64,000 nucleotides of DNA. It comes from an uncultured Candidatus Saccharibacteria bacterium (GTDB lineage: Bacteria > Patescibacteriota > Saccharimonadia > Saccharimonadales > CAIOMD01). Position numbers and translations under genes: made by a program. How positions within the stretch are numbered: position 1 is the first letter of the stretch; the number at the start of each line of letters is the position of its first letter. The notes beneath the pieces were generated by a model. It was given only the letters and a program-made list of their open reading frames with translations. It was not told the origin of the DNA and did not search any database. Below, in pieces: positions 29,000 through 38,810 of the stretch. The stretch covers positions 1,081-65,080 of the forward strand of contig CAIOMD010000013.1 in the NCBI GenBank assembly GCA_903859365.1. The letters run 5' to 3'.

Positions 29000-29752
29000 T
29001 TATGGAGCAAAGGTAAGATTCGGGAGTATCGTAGCGTTGAAATCATCTAAAGCTGCCGCGTTTTCAGACCAAACTTCGATTGTTTTATCCCTCAAAGGTA
29101 GCACTACCATAGTGCCAGTTGAATTGGGTTGATTTGGGTCTATAGCACCCGTAACCATTGAACCAGTAACTGAAGGTACATTTTTAGGAATATAAGCCGT
29201 TATTTGTAATTTTCCACCTGCTACCTGACCAGTAAACTGATCCATAATTTGTGCATAAGGTGTGTTAATGACTTGCATTCGTAAACTAAATATATTTGCC
29301 TGATTGGCGACATCAGGTACGAAATTTGGATAGAAATACGCATTCACGGGATTAGAGCTTTGCTGTGATTCAACAATATACGCACTCCATGTTTTAGGAT
29401 ATACAATTTTCACTGAACCTGCTGCTGAGGGAGTGATATAAGTTTTATTGGGTGATTTTGCCTCAGTTTGATATTTCGTGTCATCTGCGGTTTGTGTTTG
29501 CTGTATGGCGTTATTTACTGCAGTGCTAATAAGTGCATCGACATTATTTTTATATTTATTCATTTTAGTAAAAGATACTAATCCAAAGATTAGTAAGCCC
29601 ATAATAACAAGGCCTAAAACTGAGTAAATTATAATCGAAATCTTATTGCTTTTCTGTTGCGGCAATAAGGGTCCCCGAGGAACAGTATTTTGAGCCACGG
29701 GTGGGATATAGGGCTGTTGAGCGATATTTTGAGGATTTGAATCTGGTTGCAT
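29000..29752 (-). CDS. Hypothetical membrane-anchored exported protein
   Basis: Pro/Gln-rich N-terminus, one TM helix, coiled coil, globular domain (YPKTWS). Confidence 0.75.
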   Translation of the reverse strand: MQPDSNPQNIAQQPYIPPVAQNTVPRGPLLPQQKSNKISIIIYSVLGLVIMGLLIFGLVSFTKMNKYKNNVDALISTAVNNAIQQTQTADDTKYQTEAKSPNKTYITPSAAGSVKIVYPKTWSAYIVESQQSSNPVNAYFYPNFVPDVANQANIFSLRMQVINTPYAQIMDQFTGQVAGGKLQITAYIPKNVPSVTGSMVTGAIDPNQPNSTGTMVVLPLRDKTIEVWSENAAALDDFNATILPNLTFAP

Positions 29753-29803
29753 TATTCTTATGCTATCATAAATTACTATTTATTTTTAAGAAATTTTTAT
29801 ATT

Positions 29804-30286
29804 TCAATATTGGTACAGAAAAAGTGCACCCTTTTTCTGTACGTATTTCTTTTTTGGTACCTTAAAGGCATAACTTACTAGTTTTAGAGGAACCTTTTTT
29901 TCTCTATTAAGAATTTTTTTATTTAATTTTTCCATATACCTATCAAGTAAAAATACATAAATCCCATTCGCGTCTGGAAATTCTTCTGTCCAAAAATTAG
30001 CCCATTTTATCGTGACAAATTTTCTTTGTGGCCAACATATTAACCTTGAAATTAGAACCAGTATTGGATTAAGCTCGTATCCTACGCAAAATACTTCTTT
30101 TTTTGCCATTTCCTTAAGCATTCTGCCGTCTCCTGAACCGAGCTCCAACAAGAGCTCACCTTTTTTTAAATCAAGTAACTCTATAGCTGCCAGTTTCTCT
30201 TTTTTTAGAGTCGGCAGATATGGCGCACCAAAGAAAATAACAATAGAAAAACAAATCAATATAACTATTAAAATAGCTGCCAGCAC
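29804..30286 (-). CDS. Small membrane-anchored class I SAM-dependent methyltransferase
   Basis: N-terminal TM helix, GAPYLPT, ELGSGDGR, GYELNP; GTG start. Confidence 0.85.
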   Translation of the reverse strand: MLAAILIVILICFSIVIFFGAPYLPTLKKEKLAAIELLDLKKGELLLELGSGDGRMLKEMAKKEVFCVGYELNPILVLISRLICWPQRKFVTIKWANFWTEEFPDANGIYVFLLDRYMEKLNKKILNREKKVPLKLVSYAFKVPKKKYVQKKGALFLYQY

Positions 30287-30490
30287 TTATTCAGCAGCTC
30301 CGTTTTTGATAATAAGGTCGATAGATTTTTTCTTTACAGAAAGGTAAGCTTCTAATTCATCAATAATTTTTTTCGCTTGTTCATATTTTTCAATAGACTG
30401 TTCTATAGAAACGTGGTCACCCTCAAACCAACTCATTACTTCTTCTAGATCTCTCTTTTTTTGTGAGTAATCGAAATTGTCTTTAGCCAT
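30287..30490 (-). CDS. xseB: Exodeoxyribonuclease VII small subunit
   Basis: LEEVMSWFE..SIEQSIEKYE pattern; directly after xseA. Confidence 0.85.
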   Translation of the reverse strand: MAKDNFDYSQKKRDLEEVMSWFEGDHVSIEQSIEKYEQAKKIIDELEAYLSVKKKSIDLIIKNGAAE

Positions 30491-30492
30491 AA

Positions 30493-31620
30493 TCAATCCT
30501 TTCCAATCTTATTTATAGCTAGTATACGCGCTTCTATATCAGCATAGTGAGTACTGACTGTTATAGCGTCACTAACTTTAAGGGTTTCTACCTTTATGAT
30601 TTTTCCTTCTTTTTTCACCAAACTGTAACCTCGCTTAAGTATATTGTTCGGATTATACGCAACAAAGAGATCCTTAAAATTCTCGACTTTTTGTTTTTCT
30701 ATTTCAAAAATTATTCTTAAATTTCGTACCAAATTGAGCCTAACCTGATGAAGGTTAGTTTCTTCTGCCTGCAAAGGAGCATTTAAATATTCTACTAGTA
30801 GCGTTTTAGATTGCTGTAAATACTTTCGCTCGAATTGAAGATCGGGAACCATTAATTCCGCGGCATTACTAGGAGTTGAAGCTCGTTTGTCCGCCGCAAG
30901 CTCCCCTAAACTTAAATTTATTTCATGTCCAATAGCCACAAGGGTTGGTATTCTACTGCTTGAAATTTTCCTCACCACTCGTTCGTCGTTGAATGCACTT
31001 AAATCATCCTCAGAACCGCCTCCTCGAATAATGACAAGTGCATCTAGGTTACTATTTGATTCATTAAAGTAATCGATTGCTTGAACGATTTCCGCAGGAG
31101 CACCCTCCCCTTGCACTAACACATTACATACTTCAACTGTGATAAAAGGCCAACGCGCATTTAAAATTTTTATAAAATCAGCATAGGCTGCGGAATGCAA
31201 TGACGTAATGAGCCCTATTCCTACAGGGGGATATTTAATCATCCTTTTTCGATCTTGCTTGAAGAGGCCTTCATTTTCGAGTTTCATTTTTAGCGCATCA
31301 AGTAGCTTCTTTATGGTGCCTTCACCACTTGGTGTAATTGTTTGAACGCTTATAGAAAAACCAAATTTATTGTGCAAATGTGGTCGACCGGTGACCTTAA
31401 CCACCATTCCATTCTCAAGTGGCCCCGGCAAATGAAAGATAGTCCCGAAAAAACTGACCTTTGACTCACTATCTATTACATCAAAATATAGCCATTTATT
31501 TTTACTAATTCTAAAATTAGAAATTTCACCTTCAATACAAACAATACCGAGCGCGTATTCGAGTGTTTGATTTGTAATCGCTACAAAATCACTAGGCGAT
31601 AAAATCAATTCGGTTTGCAT
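30493..31620 (-). CDS. xseA: Exodeoxyribonuclease VII large subunit
   Basis: EGEISNF, IGLITS, VQGEGA, RGGGSEDDL, AIGHE, STPSNAA. Confidence 0.96.
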   Translation of the reverse strand: MQTELILSPSDFVAITNQTLEYALGIVCIEGEISNFRISKNKWLYFDVIDSESKVSFFGTIFHLPGPLENGMVVKVTGRPHLHNKFGFSISVQTITPSGEGTIKKLLDALKMKLENEGLFKQDRKRMIKYPPVGIGLITSLHSAAYADFIKILNARWPFITVEVCNVLVQGEGAPAEIVQAIDYFNESNSNLDALVIIRGGGSEDDLSAFNDERVVRKISSSRIPTLVAIGHEINLSLGELAADKRASTPSNAAELMVPDLQFERKYLQQSKTLLVEYLNAPLQAEETNLHQVRLNLVRNLRIIFEIEKQKVENFKDLFVAYNPNNILKRGYSLVKKEGKIIKVETLKVSDAITVSTHYADIEARILAINKIGKD

Positions 31621-32659
31621 CACGATTTGGGACCTCTGCTTGCCCCTTCCTTAACGCTATTTGGTAATAAATAAATCCTATGGGTAAGAAAATTACTCCG
31701 GTTAAAATTCGATAAATCAGTGTTGCTGAGAGTGCTAGCGCCTTGGGAACTCCGGCTCCAGTTAGTGTAGCTGTCATGAGTGCTTCGTATATCCCGATTC
31801 CTCCTGGCAAAATTGAGACTAAACCAGCGAAACTCGCGACAGCATAGGCTAGAATAACTGCCCCAGGATTAACTGGGTGTCCGAGCGCAACGTAGGCAAG
31901 ATAAACGGTACCAACTTCAGACACGTTCATTATAAGGGACCAGAAAAACGGTACTTTAAGTTTTCGCCAATCTTTAGCGATTATTGAATAATCTTTATTA
32001 AGCCCTTCAAAAAGTCGTTCTAGTCGCGATAGATCAATGGTGTTTTTTCCTTTTTTAAATGGACGGAGAATTCCGTTCAAGATTCTAGGTATAAATGCAG
32101 TAAACGTCTTAATTCTTTTCTTATCACTAATAACATAAGTGCCCACAAGAACTCCAAAAAGAGTCAGGAAAGTAATTGAGAGGCCTACGAAAAGCGCAAC
32201 GCCGCTGTGACCTCTGCCGCTGCCAAAACTAAGAAAAAACATACCAATAAACAAAATTATGAGAAAAGATACAAACGTTAATGCAAACCGCATAACTTGT
32301 GCGAGGGTTGACCTCGATGACGCAATACCGTATTGCTTGAGCCGTAGAGATAAATAAGAAAAACCCACTACCCCACCACTAGGAAAAACCTGATTAATAA
32401 AATTAAGTTCAAGTGCAACTCGATACATAGATTTTCTAGATAATGTTTCGCCAGTTTGTTTAAAATAACTTCTGTAAAGTTCGGCAACTGAGTAGAAATT
32501 TAAAATTTGCATAGGTATCATGAGTAAAATTATCGATGCCTTGGCCCCGCTCATTTCTCTGAATCCATCAGTTAATTGTGGCCACGAAGTATAAATAACA
32601 AAGGCAAATGCCACGAATGTGACAATATTTACAATCAGTTTTAATCTACTATTCAACAT
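31592..32659 (-). CDS. Lysylphosphatidylglycerol-synthase TM / flippase-like membrane protein (UPF0104)
   Basis: Polytopic; NQVFPSGG, PGGIGIYE, IYR motifs. Confidence 0.82.
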   Translation of the reverse strand: MLNSRLKLIVNIVTFVAFAFVIYTSWPQLTDGFREMSGAKASIILLMIPMQILNFYSVAELYRSYFKQTGETLSRKSMYRVALELNFINQVFPSGGVVGFSYLSLRLKQYGIASSRSTLAQVMRFALTFVSFLIILFIGMFFLSFGSGRGHSGVALFVGLSITFLTLFGVLVGTYVISDKKRIKTFTAFIPRILNGILRPFKKGKNTIDLSRLERLFEGLNKDYSIIAKDWRKLKVPFFWSLIMNVSEVGTVYLAYVALGHPVNPGAVILAYAVASFAGLVSILPGGIGIYEALMTATLTGAGVPKALALSATLIYRILTGVIFLPIGFIYYQIALRKGQAEVPNRDANRIDFIA

Positions 32660-32704
32660 ATTGCTTGGACTTAGTATACATTATCCAGTTATAATAATTT
32701 AAAC

Positions 32705-33892
32705 ATGAATTCATTACTTTTCTTGGGACGACAACCCAATCTTGGCATTGCTGAACTTGAGTCAGTATATGGTGCAGAGCATTTAACCTTTATTTGGGAT
32801 AAATTCGTGATATCAGATTTACCAAATAATTCTTTTGATTTGATGAGACTTGGTTCAGTGCTTAAAATTACCGAGATTATAGAAGAAATATCTCTAGCAA
32901 AAATTAAAGATTTAGATTTTACAATTACCAAGATAGTCTCTAAACATATCAAAGATAATGATATTTCTTCGAAATTTAACCTTGGCATTAGTTCTCACAA
33001 CAGTGGCATGGATAAAAACGAATTAACAAAATTAGCTTTGACCGTAAAAAAAAATCTCAAAAAGGAAGCCTTCTCAATTAGAATTATCCCGAACAAATAC
33101 GAGATAATCTCCACCGCACAGGTAATTCACAACGATTTAACCAACGCCATGAAAGGTCTTGAAATTGTTCTGGTACGAAAAAAAGATTTATTATTAATAG
33201 TAAAGACAGCGCAAGAACAAAATATTGAGGCATATGCAGCCAGAGACCAAGCGCGACCCTACAGGGATGCGTATGTGGGTATGCTACCTCCAAAACTTGC
33301 ACAAACAATTATTAATTTTGCCGTGGGTAAAAAAGATTTAAAAAGCATAGAGATCCTAGATCCATTTTGCGGGACTGGTGTTTTACTTCAAGAGGCGTTA
33401 CTAATGGGATGCCCGGTAGTAACGGGCACTGACCTAGAAGAAAGAATGATTGAATATTCTCGGGGAAACATTGATTGGCTAGAAAAAAAATATAATGCGA
33501 GTAAACAATCAATAATCATAGAACAGGATGACGCAACCTCAGCGGCTTGGTCTGAGTTTAATTGTGTTGCCTCCGAAACCTATCTCGGAAAACCACTGTC
33601 AACCATTCCTCGAAAAGACTTTTTAAGAGAACTAATAGAACCCGTTAACTTACTGCATAAAAAATTCTTAAAAAATATTTACACTCAGTTAGCTTCTGGT
33701 GCAAGAATATGTTTAGCAGTCCCCGCCTGGAAAACGGATAATAACCAATTTATACACCTTCCAGTTCTTGACCAATTAGCAGAATTAGGGTACAATCGAA
33801 TAGCTTTAGAAAAAGTAAGTTCAAAAGATTTACTCTACTTTCGACCCGATCAAATAGTAGCGAGAGAATTAGTAATACTCACAAGGAAATAA
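32705..33892 (+). CDS. Trm11/TrmG10-like RNA methyltransferase
   Basis: GMLPPKLAQ, LDPFCGTG, GTDL, SETYLG. Confidence 0.8.
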   Translation: MNSLLFLGRQPNLGIAELESVYGAEHLTFIWDKFVISDLPNNSFDLMRLGSVLKITEIIEEISLAKIKDLDFTITKIVSKHIKDNDISSKFNLGISSHNSGMDKNELTKLALTVKKNLKKEAFSIRIIPNKYEIISTAQVIHNDLTNAMKGLEIVLVRKKDLLLIVKTAQEQNIEAYAARDQARPYRDAYVGMLPPKLAQTIINFAVGKKDLKSIEILDPFCGTGVLLQEALLMGCPVVTGTDLEERMIEYSRGNIDWLEKKYNASKQSIIIEQDDATSAAWSEFNCVASETYLGKPLSTIPRKDFLRELIEPVNLLHKKFLKNIYTQLASGARICLAVPAWKTDNNQFIHLPVLDQLAELGYNRIALEKVSSKDLLYFRPDQIVARELVILTRK

Positions 33893-33893
33893 A

Positions 33894-34166
33894 ATGTCAC
33901 ACGTTAAAGCAGGTGGAACCAGTAAAAATAACCATGATAGCCCCGGTCAAAGACTTGGTGTTAAGAGATTTGGTGGCCAAAAAGTTAGAACTGGTGAAGT
34001 AATCATCCGTCAAGTTGGTCAAACAAAGTTAGCAGGTGACGGCACCTTCATGAGCAGAAACTTTACCATACACGCCGCAAAAGACGGTATCGTCTCTTTC
34101 AAGCAAAGAGCATCTCGTAAATTTACAGGTAAGACAGTTCGAAGAACTGAAGTAGTTGTAGAATAA
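33894..34166 (+). CDS. rpmA: 50S ribosomal protein bL27
   Basis: MSHVKAGGTSKN..DSPGQRLGVKRFGGQ..IIRQ. Confidence 0.96.
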   Translation: MSHVKAGGTSKNNHDSPGQRLGVKRFGGQKVRTGEVIIRQVGQTKLAGDGTFMSRNFTIHAAKDGIVSFKQRASRKFTGKTVRRTEVVVE

Positions 34167-34187
34167 GTAACTAGATATAAACTGATT

Positions 34188-34215
34188 AGTCTCCTTTTAC
34201 TAGGAGACTTTTTTT
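34188..34215 (+). terminator. Intrinsic terminator after rpmA
   Basis: AGTCTCCT/AGGAGACT stem followed by a T-tract; lies between convergent genes. Confidence 0.8.
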
Positions 34216-34591
34216 ATTGTAATTGTTTTTTAATTCTATCAAGAACATCTACAATTAATACTTGTGATTTAACGAGGTAATCATCAGCGCCTAATTCCAT
34301 CGCCCGTTTTTTATCAGATTCCTGGCCCATAGCAGTTAGCATGACGATCTTTATGGCGGCAGTTTCGGGCGTATTCTTCAAAATATCTAAAACATCAAAG
34401 CCACTTACTTTTGGCATCATAATGTCTAGGAGAATTAAATCTGGCTGAAAATCAATTGCAGCTGCCAAAGCATCTTCCCCATTATTGACCCTGTTTAAAG
34501 AGTAACTTTCATTGCTTAGGCGTACCTCATAAATACCAGCCAGGCTATCATCATCTTCAACAATTAAAATTTTCTTTGAATTTGATTCCAT
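34214..34591 (-). CDS. Single-domain response regulator (canonical receiver)
   Basis: IVEDD, LLDIMMP, MLTA, GADDYLVK. Confidence 0.92.
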   Translation of the reverse strand: MESNSKKILIVEDDDSLAGIYEVRLSNESYSLNRVNNGEDALAAAIDFQPDLILLDIMMPKVSGFDVLDILKNTPETAAIKIVMLTAMGQESDKKRAMELGADDYLVKSQVLIVDVLDRIKKQLQ

Positions 34592-34651
34592 TTATGCTTT
34601 AATCTTATGCCAAACAGATAATATCTGCAAGTATCCACTATAATCACGAAT

Positions 34652-35887
34652 TTATTTAGAGTTCAGATAATCTTCTGCTGCTTGAAGCTGTACATCTTGG
34701 CCAGCTGATATCTGAGCGTCTGTAATGGGAACAATTTTTACAGGATTCAAGCCCGTTTTGTTTATAGTTTTACCAAGTGGTGTAAACCAATGTGCTACAG
34801 TAACTTTTAGCATTTCACCATTAGCAAAGTTACTGAATTCTTGTACACTTCCTTTTCCGAATGATTTAGTACCAAGGGTTATAGCGGCATTATTGTCTAC
34901 AAGAGCACCTGCTGTAATCTCGCTTGCACTTGCACTACCACCGTTAATTAAAACTACGGTTGGTATTCCGACTAATTGTCCATTTTGTGGAGCTGAATAA
35001 GTTTGTGTGACAATATTATTAGTCTTCTTGATCACTACAACTTGGCCTTGCTTAAGCCATTCGCTTGAGACATTTTCAGCTGCCTCAAGGTAACCGCCCG
35101 GGTTATCTCTGAGATCAAGGATGATTGAATTACAATGCTGAGCTTTGAAGCCAGCTGCAGCAGTATCAACTAGCTGAGTTGTATCTTCACCAAATTGACT
35201 TATCTGTATATATCCAATATTTCCAGCTAATGTTTTAGTAGTCACACTCGGAATTGTTATAGACTTTCTTACAATAGAAAAATCTAAGTTCTGCGATCCT
35301 CGTAGAATCGTTAATTTTACTGTAGTGTCGGGGTTTCCTCTTATAAGGGAAATCGCTTGATCTATGGTCATTCCAGAAGTTGATACATCATTAATTTTGA
35401 TAATAATATCCTGAGCCTTGATACCCGCTTTGTCTGCAGGTGAACCCGCAATTGGGGCTATAACAATTATCGAGCCTTGCTGGTCACCTAATTGTGCCCC
35501 AATGCCAGTTATTGTCCCACTTAGTTGATTATTAAAGTCTTTGGCTTGGGTAGCATCAAAATAAGTCGTATAAGGGTCACCTGCAGCAGAAACGAGCCCC
35601 TGCTTGAGGCCTACCATTAGTTTATTTACATCAAGCTTACCATCGTACTTCTGTTTCAACTGTTGATATACGGCATTAACAGACGAATAATCGAGTTTAT
35701 CAGGTAAGTTGTTATTTTGTTTATTCTTACTAAAATAATTAATCTGCCAACTACCGTTACCGACTTGCAGACCTGCAAAAAAAACAAAACTCACAGCTAT
35801 GACCGAGCTAATACTTTTAAGTACCCTGCTATGCTTTTTATAAGATTGGCTCAACTTCTTGTGTATTTTTTTTCCCATGTAATACAT
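34652..35887 (-). CDS. S41 carboxy-terminal processing protease (CtpA-like) with PDZ domain
   Basis: DPYT, GIGA PDZ, DLRDNPGG, SASASEI, GKGSVQ. Confidence 0.93.
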   Translation of the reverse strand: MYYMGKKIHKKLSQSYKKHSRVLKSISSVIAVSFVFFAGLQVGNGSWQINYFSKNKQNNNLPDKLDYSSVNAVYQQLKQKYDGKLDVNKLMVGLKQGLVSAAGDPYTTYFDATQAKDFNNQLSGTITGIGAQLGDQQGSIIVIAPIAGSPADKAGIKAQDIIIKINDVSTSGMTIDQAISLIRGNPDTTVKLTILRGSQNLDFSIVRKSITIPSVTTKTLAGNIGYIQISQFGEDTTQLVDTAAAGFKAQHCNSIILDLRDNPGGYLEAAENVSSEWLKQGQVVVIKKTNNIVTQTYSAPQNGQLVGIPTVVLINGGSASASEITAGALVDNNAAITLGTKSFGKGSVQEFSNFANGEMLKVTVAHWFTPLGKTINKTGLNPVKIVPITDAQISAGQDVQLQAAEDYLNSK

Positions 35888-35934
35888 AAATTATAACATA
35901 AATTTGATTAACATAAGCCTTAAAAGAATACCTA

Positions 35935-36615
35935 CTACGGAAAATGTATAAATAACATTGGGCCCAGGAATGAATCATCCGCTGAAAGTGTCATCTCGCT
36001 CCACTCACCCCATTGACCGTTTACGGGCCAGTTATATTGGCTTACAGTGACATCCCTTCCATTAACGGCTTCAACATACATCGCATGCCCATTCTCACTA
36101 CTGTATGCTATTGCAATATCCCCTTTTAATGGATTACGCTCTACAGATATATTATTCAGTAAAGCATTCATCGGCCATTGATTGGCATTTCCGAAACCAC
36201 CCCAGTTTGGCATCGTTCTACCCGATTGAGCAACCTTAAAGGCAGCATAACTAACACATTCCCTGTTATACATCCCCCATGGATCAACGAGTGAATCTTT
36301 GGGTGCTTTAGCTAATACAAATGGGTAACGATTGGCGGATTCATTTATGATCAAATTATGTTGGGAATTCATGAGACTAGAAATTGCGTTCATTATCATG
36401 AATGTGCTCTGCTCGAAATACCCAAATTTAGATTTGTATTGCAAATTTGACCATTGATCAAAGTTATATAAAGCAGTGCGACTCAACAGCACATCATAAT
36501 AGGTATCTACATGCCTATTCGGCTGGAGAAAAAAATTAGAAAAAACGTACAGTTGAAAGATGATAAGCAACCCTACATAGGCTAGAATAATTTTGCTTTC
36601 GAGGATACGTTTCAT
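35935..36615 (-). CDS. Membrane-anchored/secreted CHAP-domain peptidoglycan hydrolase (short paralog)
   Basis: N-terminal hydrophobic helix; RECVSY catalytic Cys, GNANQW, GHAMYVE. Confidence 0.88.
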   Translation of the reverse strand: MKRILESKIILAYVGLLIIFQLYVFSNFFLQPNRHVDTYYDVLLSRTALYNFDQWSNLQYKSKFGYFEQSTFMIMNAISSLMNSQHNLIINESANRYPFVLAKAPKDSLVDPWGMYNRECVSYAAFKVAQSGRTMPNWGGFGNANQWPMNALLNNISVERNPLKGDIAIAYSSENGHAMYVEAVNGRDVTVSQYNWPVNGQWGEWSEMTLSADDSFLGPMLFIHFP

Positions 36616-37002
36616 TATCTCTGCACCTTTAATAAGTATAGAAACTTTACATTATGGGAAGTGAATGAAATACATTGGGCCTAGGCCTGAGTTATCCGCT
36701 GAAAGTGTCATCTCGCTCCACTCACCCCATTGACCGTTTACGGGCCAGTTATATTGGCTTACAGTGACATCCCTTCCATTAACGGCTTCAACATACATCG
36801 CATGCCCAAACGGCGCATTATAAGTAATTGCGACATCACCGACTTGAGGGTTCCTGTCAACTGGAATACCATCAGCTCTTGCATCATCAGGCCATTGCTG
36901 GGCATTACCGACACCTCCCCAATATGGCATCGTTCTACCCGATTGAGCAACCTTAAAGGCAGCATAGCTAACACATTCCCTGTTATACATCCCCCATGGA
37001 TC
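35977..37002. repeat. Near-identical blocks shared by the two CHAP genes (offset 717 bp)
   Basis: 115 bp identical (35977-36091 = 36694-36808); 78 bp with 1 mismatch (36208-36285 vs 36925-37002). Confidence 0.9.
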
Positions 37003-37794
37003 GGTAAGAGAATCTTGTGGGGCACTCGAAAGATACGCTGGATAGCCGCCATTAGAGCCATCACTGCTAATAAGGACCGTACCAGATGCGGCCATTTGGG
37101 CTGCAATAGCCCCGAGGACTTGCTGCTCCTGTGCTCTTAAATCTGCAAGCCGCTGCTGGTAGGATGACTCTTGGCCTTGCGTTGATGCAAGCAAAGAAGA
37201 AACTTGATTTTGACTCGTTTGAAGCTGCTGCTGTTGAGCGGTTTGCTGTGCTAGAAATTTCTTCTGATCATCCTGCTGACTTTGAATCTGAGCTTTAAGC
37301 TGCACAATTTTCTGCACCGAACTCGTGATATCGTCTTTAAGATTTTGTAAATATGTCTGGCTATCAACAAATTTCGTAAAACTATCGCTTCCGATTAACA
37401 ATTCAACCGTTGAGGCTCCGGCATTTTTATAAAGCATATTTACGCTTGCCTGAAGTACTATTTTTTGTTTATCTAAATTTAACTGCGCTTGATCTAAGCT
37501 TGCCTGTAAAGAAGAAATCTTATTTTTTGTTTCACTAATTTGATTTTGCATTACCGCTATCTGGGCATTCATAAAAGCAACTTGGCCCTGAAGTGTGTTA
37601 GCCTTGTCTGTAAGTCCTTGAAGTTGCTGATTACTATCATTGATTGCTGCAACAATAGTTGCATTTTGGGCGCGTAAATCACTAAGCTTGCTGGCTGATG
37701 AGTTTGTCTGTGGCAATAAAAGTGCTGCTACTATAATCACAATAGCGAAGCTGCTCAAAATAATTTTTTTAGTAGTTTTTTTTCTTTTATTCAT
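36652..37794 (-). CDS. PcsB/CwlO-like coiled-coil CHAP peptidoglycan hydrolase
   Basis: Signal peptide, long Gln-rich coiled coil with LLIGSDSFTKF, C-terminal CHAP; follows ftsX. Confidence 0.92.
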   Translation of the reverse strand: MNKRKKTTKKIILSSFAIVIIVAALLLPQTNSSASKLSDLRAQNATIVAAINDSNQQLQGLTDKANTLQGQVAFMNAQIAVMQNQISETKNKISSLQASLDQAQLNLDKQKIVLQASVNMLYKNAGASTVELLIGSDSFTKFVDSQTYLQNLKDDITSSVQKIVQLKAQIQSQQDDQKKFLAQQTAQQQQLQTSQNQVSSLLASTQGQESSYQQRLADLRAQEQQVLGAIAAQMAASGTVLISSDGSNGGYPAYLSSAPQDSLTDPWGMYNRECVSYAAFKVAQSGRTMPYWGGVGNAQQWPDDARADGIPVDRNPQVGDVAITYNAPFGHAMYVEAVNGRDVTVSQYNWPVNGQWGEWSEMTLSADNSGLGPMYFIHFP

Positions 37795-37871
37795 GACTTA
37801 GGCTTAGCCAGATCTTTATTAGTTACATTTACATCTTAGCAAACATAACCACTTCGGTCAATTAGCGCTCC

Positions 37872-38810
37872 CTACCAAGTCTTAAGCCGTAGATGTTTTT
37901 TCATCGCAAGCAAACTCGAGAATACACCAACCACGATTCCTACAACTATTAAGCCGATAATCATGGCGGCTATAATTTTGGCACTAGTGAAATAGTGGTA
38001 GGTTTTAGTGAATTCGGCTTGATTCGAAATCTTCTCACCTAATGAAAATATACCTGCCAAAACTATACCACTCGAAATTAACCCCGCTATTAGCCCATAC
38101 ATACTCGCCTCTACTAAGAAAGGACCTCTTATAAAAGTGGGTGTTGCACCTATCAATTTCATAATTTTAATTTCATCAGCTCGAGTAAAAATAGCCATCC
38201 TAATAGTGTTGAAAATAATAAGCATACTTACTAGGCCAAAAATAATTGCCATAACGACGCTCGCAACTGTTATAAAATGTTGAGCAGACGCCGCACGAGC
38301 AATAGTCTTCTTAACGTCTGTCTTTCCAATTGTAACGCTATCTACTATGCCACTATATTTAGCTTCATTAGGAACAGCTCCAACCTGATTTATTTGTCCT
38401 AAATCTGTAAGACTAACCTCAAGTGATGCAGGTAGTGTATTTGTTCCAAGAATCTGAAGACCTGCAACTAAGGTTGGATCGGATTGAAAAGTTTGGTCGA
38501 ATTGTTTTTGTGCGTCTGATTTCGATACAAAAGTGACTGATGCTACGGCTTTATTTGATTTAAGATCTTGAGTTAATTGATTGATCATATTCTGACTGGC
38601 GCTATCTTTTAAATAAATTGAGATTTGAAGATTTTTCGACAATTCAGAAATGGCGTTTTTAGCCGTTACATTTAATACCACTGCTGATGCGATGATTGTT
38701 AGTGATACAACCATCACGGCAGTAGCAGCAACAGTAAGCCAAGAATTTCTGAAAAAATTCTTCATTCCAGAAACGGTAACTCGCCTTAATCCGGTCAATC
38801 TCCTACCCAT
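37872..38810 (-). CDS. ftsX: Cell division ABC permease FtsX
   Basis: RNSWLTVA, IIFNTIRMAIFTRADEIKIMKLIGATPTFIRGPF. Confidence 0.95.
   Translation of the reverse strand: MGRRLTGLRRVTVSGMKNFFRNSWLTVAATAVMVVSLTIIASAVVLNVTAKNAISELSKNLQISIYLKDSASQNMINQLTQDLKSNKAVASVTFVSKSDAQKQFDQTFQSDPTLVAGLQILGTNTLPASLEVSLTDLGQINQVGAVPNEAKYSGIVDSVTIGKTDVKKTIARAASAQHFITVASVVMAIIFGLVSMLIIFNTIRMAIFTRADEIKIMKLIGATPTFIRGPFLVEASMYGLIAGLISSGIVLAGIFSLGEKISNQAEFTKTYHYFTSAKIIAAMIIGLIVVGIVVGVFSSLLAMKKHLRLKTW

Noticed and set aside
35977..37002. CHAP repeats as a diversity-generating retroelement TR/VR pair
   Set aside because: Both copies are in coding genes, differences are block-wise rather than adenine-specific, and no reverse transcriptase is present
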